Shown here piece after piece: positions 49,423-57,718 of a DNA stretch of 64,000 bases. The stretch lies in NCBI GenBank assembly GCA_963730185.1, contig CAVSQW010000009.1:256001-320000 (forward strand), given 5' to 3'. The stretch's first letter is position 1. Every line of letters begins with the position of its first letter. The notes below the pieces were generated by a model that worked only from the letters and a program-made list of their open reading frames with translations, did no database searches and was not told where the DNA came from. The translations under genes were made by a program, and so were the position numbers. The stretch comes from an uncultured Gemmatimonadales bacterium. Lineage in GTDB: Bacteria; Gemmatimonadota; Gemmatimonadetes; Gemmatimonadales; GWC2-71-9.

Positions 49423-52400
49423 GGGCGTCGGGCACCACCCAATACGGGGTCCCGTACGCTCGCTGCCGCGGCCAGACCTCGTCCAGGGTGTCGTCGTCGT
49501 AGACGACCCCGTTCTTGACGACGTACCGGATGTCCTTGGTGTTCCGGATGTTCTCCAGCGGATTGGCGTCGAGCACCATGAAATCCGCCAACTTCCCGAC
49601 CTCGAGGGTGCCGAGGTCCCGCTCCTTCCCGATGAACCGAGCGCCGTGCTTGCTGGCGATCTCGAGCGCCCCCACCGGCCCGAGGGCGCTGGCTGCCATC
49701 CAGACTTCCCAATGCGAGCCCAACCCGTTGTGCTGGCCGTGGGCGCCGATCGCTCCGTAGCCACCCGCCGCGATCAGGTCGGCCAGGCCTTGGGCGATCC
49801 ACGGGTAGCTGTAGTCCGTTTCCGGGCGGAGCATCCGTCGCCGGCTCTGGGGGATGAACTGGACCCACGGCATGAACCGGCGGGTCTTGGCGTCCTTCCA
49901 GACCTCGCTCTCCTGATACCAGTACTCCTCGTTCCAGGGCCCCGGCCCGCCGACCATGAAGGTCGGCGAGTAGGTCGCATGGGCCTTGCCCAGGAAGGTG
50001 CTCAGGTCGGAGTACACCGGGGTGTAGCTGAGCGGGTGCTCCCACCCGGTATGCCCATCCATGATCATCCCGAGGGTGTACTCGAGGTCGTTGCCCTCGG
50101 CGGTCACCTGAAGGCCCAGCTTCCGGGCGATGTCGGTCACCCATTGGCGCTGATCCCGCCGCGGCTGGAGGTACTGCTTGAGCGACACCGCCCCCCACGA
50201 CTTGAGTTTGGCGATGCCGTGCTCGGCCGTCTCGTAGTCGGTGAACTCCTCCTGACGGGAACCGTCGCCGGCATAGAGGGGGTCGCCGGTGGTGAACACC
50301 CGAGGGCCGACCAGAACGCCGGCGTCGACCATCTCACCGGTGGGGAAGAGGTTTTCCGACCACATCGACGGGTCCATCGTGGTCGTCACCCCGTAGGCCA
50401 GGAAAGCGGCGCCCTCGGTGTTGTGCTGGGGGATGATGCCCCGGTGCTCCCGATAGTCGTGCGAGTGGACGTCGATGAAGCCGGGAATGATGGTCTTGCC
50501 GCTGGCGTTGAACACCTTGGCCCCTCGGGGCACGGAGCAGCGCCCGACGCAGGTGATCCGGCTCCCGGTCACGACCAGGGTTCCGTTCACGACGCCGCCC
50601 CGCCGGCTCCCGGTCGATCCGTCTCCCGCCAGCGTCACGACCCGCGCGTTGGTGAAGGCGACCGTCCCCGGCGGAATGTCCTTGGGTACCGTCAGCTGGA
50701 TCGTCGTCGTGTCGGCCTGCTTCCGGGTCACGTCGTAGCTGAAGTACCGGTCGCCGCTGCCGAACTCCACGATCCGGTCGGTGCGCCACCGGGGAAAGAG
50801 GCCGCCCTCGGTGGAGAGCTTGGTGGCCGGAAGCTTGCCCCGCTTCCGGTCCAAGCGAACCGGGGCGCCGCCGGTGCCGGCGTACGGCAGCGGAGCGACG
50901 TAGACGTTGTCGGACTCCTGGAAGGCGACCCACCGGCCGTCCGGCGAGGGAACGACCTCGTCGGCGTAGGCGAAGGTCAGGTGGACCCGGTGGTCGAGGC
51001 CGTCGGGCCGAATCGATTCGAGCGCCGACTCCACCCCGCTCTCACCGACCTGAAGGTGGGGATAGAAGATTCGTCCGTCGGGTCCCCAGGACGGGCGGAC
51101 GATCTGGTTCCGGATGTTGTTGAAGGCGCTCCCGGAGCTGCCGTCGTCGGAGGTGGTGACCCGGGTGACGTAGCGGGCGTCGCCCCCGGCGGCCGGGATC
51201 GTCACCAGGTCCCACCACGGGTTCCAGACCACGCCGCGTCCGTGCCGCGACTCGCCGGCGCCGCGGGCGAGCACCAGCTCTCGCCCGTCGGGACTCCAGG
51301 CCGGGTGGATGTACTCGCCCGGCGCCCGGGACAGCTGCTCCGGTGCCCCGCCCCCCACTCGGATCTTCCAGAGGTGCCCGCCGACCGAGTCGACCCAACT
51401 GGTGAACGCGATCCACTGCCCGTCGGGCGACCAGGCCGGCGCGTACTCGAACGGCTCGAAGCCGTCGGGTGTGAGGCGCCGCGGGGTGCCGTTCGGAAGG
51501 TCCATCACCCAGATCCGGCCGATCGCCTGGAAAGCCAGCCGCCGGCCGTCGGGCGAAGCGGTCTGCCAGCGGGCAAACCGGACGTGGAACGGATCGTCGG
51601 TGATTCGGGTCTGGGTGTTGGCCTGCTCCGAGATGATCCGGTCGACCGGCGCGGTAAACGGAATCGTCTCGACCCGCCCGCTGGCGACGTCGAGCCGCCG
51701 GAGCTTGCCGCCCTGCGAGATCACGATGGTCCGGCCGTCGTCGCTCCAGTCGTACCCGGGCAGCGGACGCAGCACCTTCCCGCCCTCGACCACGTCCTCT
51801 TCGATCGGGTCCATTGCCAGCCGCTCCGTGCCGGTCTCGAGGTCGCGAAGCCAGAGCGCGGTCCGGGGGCCGAAGCGATGGCCCTTCCAGGAGATGGTCC
51901 CGTCCGGGATCCGCCGCGCGAAGGCCAGCCAGCGCCCGTCGGGTGACACCTCCGGCGCCGCCATCCCACCGCTCGAGGTCTGGACCTGCTGCGACTGCTC
52001 GCCGAACGATACCGCCGAAACGTCGCCGGTCTGCAGGTCCATCCGCCGCACCTGGGCCGAACCGCCGAGGAAGTCCTGTCGCCCTCCATAACCGGGCTGT
52101 CCGGCGCCGGCCGCGACTTGGAAATAGAGATATCGGCCGTCGCGGGACACCGCCGGCCAGGTGGCCCCTCGCTGGGTCCGACTCGATACCAGCTCGACGC
52201 CGGTCCCGCCGTCCTTGTGGTACATCCAAATCCCGCTCTGGCCCGGGTGGCCCCCCACGGGGAGCCCTTGGCGGACCACGACGATGTACTGACCGTCCGG
52301 CGTCCAGGCCGGCATCGACACCCGCACGTTCGGATCGGTGAACACCGCCCGTGGGTTGGAGCCGTCGGCGTCCATCACCCAGAGGTTGTTCTGCCCGCCC

Positions 52401-52735
52401 CGGTCGGACACGAAGGCGATCAGCTTGCCGTCGGGAGAGATCCGGGGATGGGTGTTGATCGCGATGCCGGATCCCTGGGTCAGGGCGGTGGCCTGTCCGC
52501 CGCCGATCGGCAGGCGGTAGACGTGGGCCAGCAAGTCGAACACCAGCCACTGACCGTCCGGCGCGAGATCGACCGACATCCAGGTGCCCTCGTCGGTCGT
52601 GAAGGCGATTTCGCGGGTCTGACCTCGCGGCTTGGTCACGTCCCAGGCCGGAGCCTTGGCGTCGGCCTGGGCCAGCAGTCGAGGAGCAGGCGCCACGGTG
52701 GTGGCCAGGAGCGTCAGGCTGAGGAGCGTCCGCAT
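49391..52735 (-). CDS. Secreted amidohydrolase with N-terminal PD40/TolB-like propellers
   Basis: Many SPDG repeats; PGFIDVHSH, YGVTT, GAHGQ, GTLEVGKLAD; 3' end overlaps the ATPase by 32 bp. Confidence 0.9.
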   Translation of the reverse strand: MRTLLSLTLLATTVAPAPRLLAQADAKAPAWDVTKPRGQTREIAFTTDEGTWMSVDLAPDGQWLVFDLLAHVYRLPIGGGQATALTQGSGIAINTHPRISPDGKLIAFVSDRGGQNNLWVMDADGSNPRAVFTDPNVRVSMPAWTPDGQYIVVVRQGLPVGGHPGQSGIWMYHKDGGTGVELVSSRTQRGATWPAVSRDGRYLYFQVAAGAGQPGYGGRQDFLGGSAQVRRMDLQTGDVSAVSFGEQSQQVQTSSGGMAAPEVSPDGRWLAFARRIPDGTISWKGHRFGPRTALWLRDLETGTERLAMDPIEEDVVEGGKVLRPLPGYDWSDDGRTIVISQGGKLRRLDVASGRVETIPFTAPVDRIISEQANTQTRITDDPFHVRFARWQTASPDGRRLAFQAIGRIWVMDLPNGTPRRLTPDGFEPFEYAPAWSPDGQWIAFTSWVDSVGGHLWKIRVGGGAPEQLSRAPGEYIHPAWSPDGRELVLARGAGESRHGRGVVWNPWWDLVTIPAAGGDARYVTRVTTSDDGSSGSAFNNIRNQIVRPSWGPDGRIFYPHLQVGESGVESALESIRPDGLDHRVHLTFAYADEVVPSPDGRWVAFQESDNVYVAPLPYAGTGGAPVRLDRKRGKLPATKLSTEGGLFPRWRTDRIVEFGSGDRYFSYDVTRKQADTTTIQLTVPKDIPPGTVAFTNARVVTLAGDGSTGSRRGGVVNGTLVVTGSRITCVGRCSVPRGAKVFNASGKTIIPGFIDVHSHDYREHRGIIPQHNTEGAAFLAYGVTTTMDPSMWSENLFPTGEMVDAGVLVGPRVFTTGDPLYAGDGSRQEEFTDYETAEHGIAKLKSWGAVSLKQYLQPRRDQRQWVTDIARKLGLQVTAEGNDLEYTLGMIMDGHTGWEHPLSYTPVYSDLSTFLGKAHATYSPTFMVGGPGPWNEEYWYQESEVWKDAKTRRFMPWVQFIPQSRRRMLRPETDYSYPWIAQGLADLIAAGGYGAIGAHGQHNGLGSHWEVWMAASALGPVGALEIASKHGARFIGKERDLGTLEVGKLADFMVLDANPLENIRNTKDIRYVVKNGVVYDDDTLDEVWPRQRAYGTPYWVVPDALKSDDKPIRP

Positions 52736-52784
52736 CGGAGAGACTCGCGTCGTCTGAGGTGGTGGTCGTCGCGCCCGGCGGCGT

Positions 52785-53750
52785 CTAGTGCCACTGCTGG
52801 ACGATCCGTTCGGCGATCTTCCCGAGGGTGGCCTCGAGCTCGAAGAAGTCGCCGCGATTCTGGTTGGTGAACACGGCCACGATCGTCGGCCCGCCCTGAT
52901 AGAACAGGATCCCGACGTCGTTCCCCGCGATGGGAGGCCAGTCCCCCGTCTTGTGCGCGATCTGGACCGGCTTCCACTGAAGTCGCTGCGGCAGGCGGGA
53001 GGTGTAGAACTGCCGTTTCATGATGTCGATCATCTGGTCGGCGTGGACCTGACTCGTGTACTTGCCCGTCATGATTCCTTCGAGGAGCTGCGCCATTTCC
53101 CGAGCCGTCGTCCGCCCCAGCCATCGAGTCGAATCGCCCTCGAGCTTGAAGCTCAACCCGCCCATCTCGGGCCCCGCCGGAAATCCCTTTTCGAAGACCT
53201 CGAGATCGCTCATCGACCGGTTCTTGGGATCGGCCCGGATCCAGACTTCCCGGAACAGTTCGCCCGTGGTCATCCGGAGCCGGGTCTCCTTGAAGCCGAA
53301 GCTCGCCAGCATCTGGTTCACCCGATCCTTCCCGACGGTCTTGATCATGATGTCGGTGGCCGTGTTGTCGCTGGTGATGATCATCTGCTCGATGAGATCC
53401 CGATACGTCGGGGTGAGGCCCACGTCGAAGGTCTGGAGGAGCCCGCTGCCCCGGCGCCGGTCCTCGGGCCGGATCTGGTAGCGGGTGGTCAGATCGAGCT
53501 TGCCGGCCTCGGCGTCACGAAAGGCCTGGATCATGATCGCCAGCTTGATCACGCTCAGGGTGTTCATCGGCTGGTCGGCCCGAATGGCGATGGTCCGACC
53601 ACTCGGCAGGTTCTTCGCATAGAACCCGCTCTTGGCCTGGAGGGTCCCGAGCAGGCTGTCGATCTGGTGCTCGAGAGTGCCCTGTGCGGCCAGAGACCCG
53701 GGCGCGACGAGCAGACCCACGAGCGCGAGGTGCGGGAAGCGACGAAGCAT
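52785..53750 (-). CDS. Secreted serine hydrolase, class-A beta-lactamase-like fold
   Basis: SVIK (SxxK), SDN, HKTG; start trimmed to MLRRFPH. Confidence 0.88.
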   Translation of the reverse strand: MLRRFPHLALVGLLVAPGSLAAQGTLEHQIDSLLGTLQAKSGFYAKNLPSGRTIAIRADQPMNTLSVIKLAIMIQAFRDAEAGKLDLTTRYQIRPEDRRRGSGLLQTFDVGLTPTYRDLIEQMIITSDNTATDIMIKTVGKDRVNQMLASFGFKETRLRMTTGELFREVWIRADPKNRSMSDLEVFEKGFPAGPEMGGLSFKLEGDSTRWLGRTTAREMAQLLEGIMTGKYTSQVHADQMIDIMKRQFYTSRLPQRLQWKPVQIAHKTGDWPPIAGNDVGILFYQGGPTIVAVFTNQNRGDFFELEATLGKIAERIVQQWH

Positions 53751-53927
53751 GGCGATGTCCCGATGGGATGCGTGGCGGCACGGTGAGGCCGTGCGAGTGA
53801 GAATATCGAAAACCGTCGTTACCAAAGATCGACCCGGATCCGCCGGTCGGGAAGCCCCCGGGCGCGATTCGGCGCGGCACCCCCGGGCTCCCTATACTTC
53901 GAGCCGACCCGTCACCCGCTTCCGGCC

Positions 53928-54845
53928 ATGTTCCGCTTCTCCTACCTCGCCCTCGCCCTCGCCCTCGCTTCTCCGGCGCCTGGAGCCACCTCGGCGGCCC
54001 CCCCGCGCCCGGCCGCGGCCGACAGCATTCCGGGCACCGCGTGGACGGTGGAGGACTGGCGGGTCTTCGAGGCCAAGGTCCGCTGGGGTGTGGCGCACCA
54101 CTTGGACACCCTGCCCCTTGGCCGAGCCATCGCTCGGCTCGGTCTGACCTTCGTGGGTACCAGGTATACCCCCGGCACCCTCGACCCGCCCGGGCCGGAG
54201 CACCTCGTCGTCGACCTCCGGGAGCTCGACTGCGTGACCTTCGTCGAGAACATGCTCGCGCTGGTGCGCTTCATCCGGCACGACGGCGTCGCGGCGCTGG
54301 GCCACCCGGCGTCGGCGCGGGCTCGCTACGAACGGTATCTGACCGATCTTCGGTACCGGGGTGGTGTGTTGGGCGGCTATCCCAGCCGGCTCCACTACTT
54401 CTCCGACTGGCTGGCCGACAATGCCCGGCGGGGTCACCTGCGACTGCTCACCCGCGAGCTGGGGGGTGTGCCCGATTCCGAGCCGATCCGCTTCATGTCG
54501 GAGCACGCGAGCGCGTACCGCCAACTGGCCGATTCGGCCAACCGCCGAGCGATCGAGTCGACGGAGGCCCGGCTCGACAGCGGCCCGCGTTGGTACGTCC
54601 CGGAAGGCCGGATTCGAGCGATCGAGGATCGGATTCAGGACGGCGACGTGATCGCCGCGACCTCCACCCTGCCGGGGCTGGACGTGGCCCACACCGGGAT
54701 CGCGATCTGGCGCGAGGGGCGGCTCCATCTGCTGCACGCCCCGCTGGTCGGGAAGTCGGTGGAGCTCTCGACTCTGCCGCTCGCGGAGCGGATCGCGAAG
54801 ATCGGCTCGCAGGACGGTATCATGGTGGCCCGCCCGATCGAGTAG
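53928..54845 (+). CDS. DUF1460 / NlpC-P60-like amidase
   Basis: LDCVTFVE, RYRGG, SRLHYFSDW, LDVAHTG, LLHA; signal peptide. Confidence 0.88.
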   Translation: MFRFSYLALALALASPAPGATSAAPPRPAAADSIPGTAWTVEDWRVFEAKVRWGVAHHLDTLPLGRAIARLGLTFVGTRYTPGTLDPPGPEHLVVDLRELDCVTFVENMLALVRFIRHDGVAALGHPASARARYERYLTDLRYRGGVLGGYPSRLHYFSDWLADNARRGHLRLLTRELGGVPDSEPIRFMSEHASAYRQLADSANRRAIESTEARLDSGPRWYVPEGRIRAIEDRIQDGDVIAATSTLPGLDVAHTGIAIWREGRLHLLHAPLVGKSVELSTLPLAERIAKIGSQDGIMVARPIE

Positions 54846-54855
54846 CCCGTCCCGG

Positions 54856-56193
54856 TCAGCCGACCGTGGCGGCGCCGCGACCGGCCGCCGCGATCGCGCC
54901 GAGGGCATCCTCCGTTGCCTCCAGGAACCGATCGATCTCCGGCTCGCCCATCGGAGTCGAGAGGACGTACATCTGGCGGGTGGTTACGAACATGCCCCGG
55001 GCGAGGAGCAGCAGCTGCAGCAAGGCCTGGAGCCGCCGGCTGCCGCGGGCGGCGTCGGTGGGGTTCCGGATCGGTCCGGCGGCAAAGTGTAGTTGTGAAA
55101 CCGAGCCCGCGCCGACGATGCTGGCCTCGAGGCCGGTCCGCTCGATAATCGCGCGAACGCCGTGGCGGAGCCGGTCGCCGAGGGCGTTGAGCCGGGCGAC
55201 GGCGGGCATGTCGAAGAGCTCCATAGCGGCGAGGCCGGCGGCCATGGTGAGGGCGTTGCCGTTGTAGGTTCCCGAGTGCGAAATCGACCCGGCCCGGGTC
55301 GGGTCGAACACCGCCATCACGTCCCGCCGCCCGCCGAAGGCCCCGACCGGCAGCCCGCCACCGATGATCTTGCCAAAACAGGTCAGATCCGGCGTGATCC
55401 CATAGATCGATTGCGCGCCGCCGACCGCCAGCCGGAAGGTGATGATCTCGTCGAGGATCAGGAGGACGTCGCACTCCTCGGTCACCGCCCGGAGGCCGGT
55501 CAGGAACGGGGCGTCGGCCGGAATGGCGCCGCCGGCGCCCATCATCGGCTCGACGATCACCGCCGCCAGGCGGTCGCGGTGCCGGCGAATCAGGGCGGCG
55601 GTGTAGTCGAGGTCGTTGAACCGGCCCAGCAGCACCTCGCCCGCGGCCCCCGGGGAGATCCCGGGCCCGCCCGCCTGATACGGCGGCGCCATGGCGAAGC
55701 TCACCTGGTCGTGGGAGCCGTGGTAGCCGCCTTCCATCTTCATGATCAACGGCTTCTCGGTGAACGCCCGGGCCCCCCGAAGAGCCAGCAGCGTGGCCTC
55801 GGTCCCGGAGTTGCAGAAGCGCACTCGCTCGACCGAAGGCACCCGGGCCGTCAGCCGCTCCGCCAGCTGGATCTGCAGCAGCCCCGGACTGCCGTGGACG
55901 GTGCCGCCGGCCAGCTGGCGGGCGATCGCCCCGCTCACATAGGGGTGGTCGTGACCGTGGAGCAGCGAGGTGAAGTTGTTGAGGACGTCGAGGTACTCGT
56001 GCCCGTCGACATCCCAAACCCGGGCGCCCGCGCCGCGCTCGATGAAGAGCGGGTGGGGGGCGAAATGCGTTCCGCTCCGGGTGTCGCCGCCGGGAAGCAC
56101 GGCCTCCGCCCGCCGGTAGAGGGCGGCGGATCGAGGCGTTCGCTGCCGATACTCTGACGTGGTATCGTGCTCGAGTTGGGCGATCGACGACAT
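54856..56193 (-). CDS. Class-III aminotransferase, glutamate-1-semialdehyde aminomutase-like paralog
   Basis: DVDGHEYLD, NSGTEA, GGYHG, DEIITFR, FGKIIGGGLPVGAFGG, SGTYNGN. Confidence 0.88.
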   Translation of the reverse strand: MSSIAQLEHDTTSEYRQRTPRSAALYRRAEAVLPGGDTRSGTHFAPHPLFIERGAGARVWDVDGHEYLDVLNNFTSLLHGHDHPYVSGAIARQLAGGTVHGSPGLLQIQLAERLTARVPSVERVRFCNSGTEATLLALRGARAFTEKPLIMKMEGGYHGSHDQVSFAMAPPYQAGGPGISPGAAGEVLLGRFNDLDYTAALIRRHRDRLAAVIVEPMMGAGGAIPADAPFLTGLRAVTEECDVLLILDEIITFRLAVGGAQSIYGITPDLTCFGKIIGGGLPVGAFGGRRDVMAVFDPTRAGSISHSGTYNGNALTMAAGLAAMELFDMPAVARLNALGDRLRHGVRAIIERTGLEASIVGAGSVSQLHFAAGPIRNPTDAARGSRRLQALLQLLLLARGMFVTTRQMYVLSTPMGEPEIDRFLEATEDALGAIAAAGRGAATVG

Positions 56194-56431
56194 CGGGGGC
56201 TCTCGGTGCGAGTTGCCGAACGGTACCGTTCCGACGGCGCGCCCGGTAGATCAGTCCGGGCGGCCCCTCGCCCGGGGGAGAAGCCGGATCGTGGCAGAGG
56301 CGTCGAACTCCTGACATTCAAACGACTTGGCGCATTCTGGACTGGCGTGCGGCCGGTTCCGGCGGCTATCTTTTGGGGGTTTTCGGCAGTATTTTTGAGG
56401 AGATGAAAGTGTCTCTCAACAAGGCCCGCGC

Positions 56432-57472
56432 GTGAACCAGACCGAGTCCATCCCATCCACCTGGCGGCAAGTGGTAGAGCGCTACTCGCGCCCCAGCACT
56501 CGCGCCGCCGTGGTCCAGCTCTGCAATACGATTTTGCCGCTGATCGGCATCTTCGCGCTGATGGCCTGGGCGCTTCCGATCCACTACGGCCTGGTTCTCC
56601 TGCTCTCGATTCCGGCGGCCGGTCTGCTGGTCCGGGCCTTCATCGTGATGCACGACTGTGGTCATGGCTCCTTCTTCAAGTCCCGCCGATGGAACGACAT
56701 CGTCGGCTTCGTGACCGGCGTCATGACCCTCACGCCCTACGTCTACTGGCGGCGGGAGCACGCGATCCATCACGCCAACGCCGGCAACCTCGATCACCGG
56801 GGCTGGGGTGACATCTCGACCCTGACGGTCCGCGAGTACCTGGCTCGGAGCTGGTGGGGGCGGCTCCGCTATCGCCTCTATCGGAACCCGCTGGTGCTCT
56901 TCGGCATCGGCCCGGTCTGGCTGATGGCCAAGCACCGGTTGCCGCGGCTCGACGGGAGTATGGGGTTCCGGGAGCACAAGAACGTGATGCTCACCAACCT
57001 GGTCCTGATCGGCCTCGCGCTGGTGGCCGGGTTGCTGGGGGTGCTCGACAAGGCCGCCCTAATCTTCGGGCCGTCGTTCCTGTTGGCCGGGGCGGCCGGG
57101 GTCTGGCTGTTCTACGTGCAGCATCAGTTCGAGGAGGCGTACTGGCGGCCGGGCTCCGAGTGGAGCTACGAGTTGGCGGCGCTCCAGGGCAGCACCTACC
57201 TCAAGCTGCCCAAGGTTCTCCAGTGGTTCACCGGCAATATCGGCCTACACCACATTCATCATCTGAGTCCCCGGATCCCGAACTATCGGCTCCAGCAGTG
57301 CTATGACGAGCAGCCGATGTTTCAGCGGGTTCCGACCATCACCTTGGGTCAGGGGCTCAAGACGATGTGGCTCAAGCTGTTCGATGAGGACTCGGGGCGG
57401 CTGGTGGGCTACCGTCACCTTCGGAATCTGCGGCGGGGCGGCACGACGCCGCAGGGTGCGGCCGCCGCCTAG
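56432..57472 (+). CDS. Membrane fatty-acid desaturase (Bacillus Des-like)
   Basis: His boxes HDCGH, HAIHH, HHIHH; FYVQHQFE, PRIPNY. Confidence 0.93.
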   Translation: MNQTESIPSTWRQVVERYSRPSTRAAVVQLCNTILPLIGIFALMAWALPIHYGLVLLLSIPAAGLLVRAFIVMHDCGHGSFFKSRRWNDIVGFVTGVMTLTPYVYWRREHAIHHANAGNLDHRGWGDISTLTVREYLARSWWGRLRYRLYRNPLVLFGIGPVWLMAKHRLPRLDGSMGFREHKNVMLTNLVLIGLALVAGLLGVLDKAALIFGPSFLLAGAAGVWLFYVQHQFEEAYWRPGSEWSYELAALQGSTYLKLPKVLQWFTGNIGLHHIHHLSPRIPNYRLQQCYDEQPMFQRVPTITLGQGLKTMWLKLFDEDSGRLVGYRHLRNLRRGGTTPQGAAAA

Positions 57473-57647
57473 CGGGGGAAGCGGTTCAGGAGGTTTTCGG
57501 GCCGGGATCGAGCGCCGCTCTCGATCTCGGCCTTTCCTTCGGGCAGCCGGTCGGACGGGGAGGATGATGGGCCGGGTCGCCACGGCCAGCTGCGAATCGA
57601 GGGGCCGCGAGTCCGGTGGCCGCTCAGCGATTCGCCGGAATCGTGCG

Positions 57648-57653
57648 TATAAT
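57648..57653 (+). promoter_or_regulatory. Probable -10 element of the S9 peptidase gene
   Basis: Perfect TATAAT in a GC-rich intergenic region about 65 nt upstream of ATG 57719. Confidence 0.5.
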
Positions 57654-57718
57654 AGGGTTCAGTGAAGTCCGGCCCCCGGGCCGAGCCTTTCCGACCGCAA
57701 GCCCGAACAGAGGTTCCA

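Noticed and set aside
52785..53750. Calling this a bla resistance gene
   Set aside because: Canonical omega-loop motif is absent; fold-level assignment only
54856..56193. Gene symbol hemL
   Set aside because: GSAM-like motifs but divergent N-terminus (PGGDTRSG) and no tetrapyrrole genes nearby; treated as a paralog
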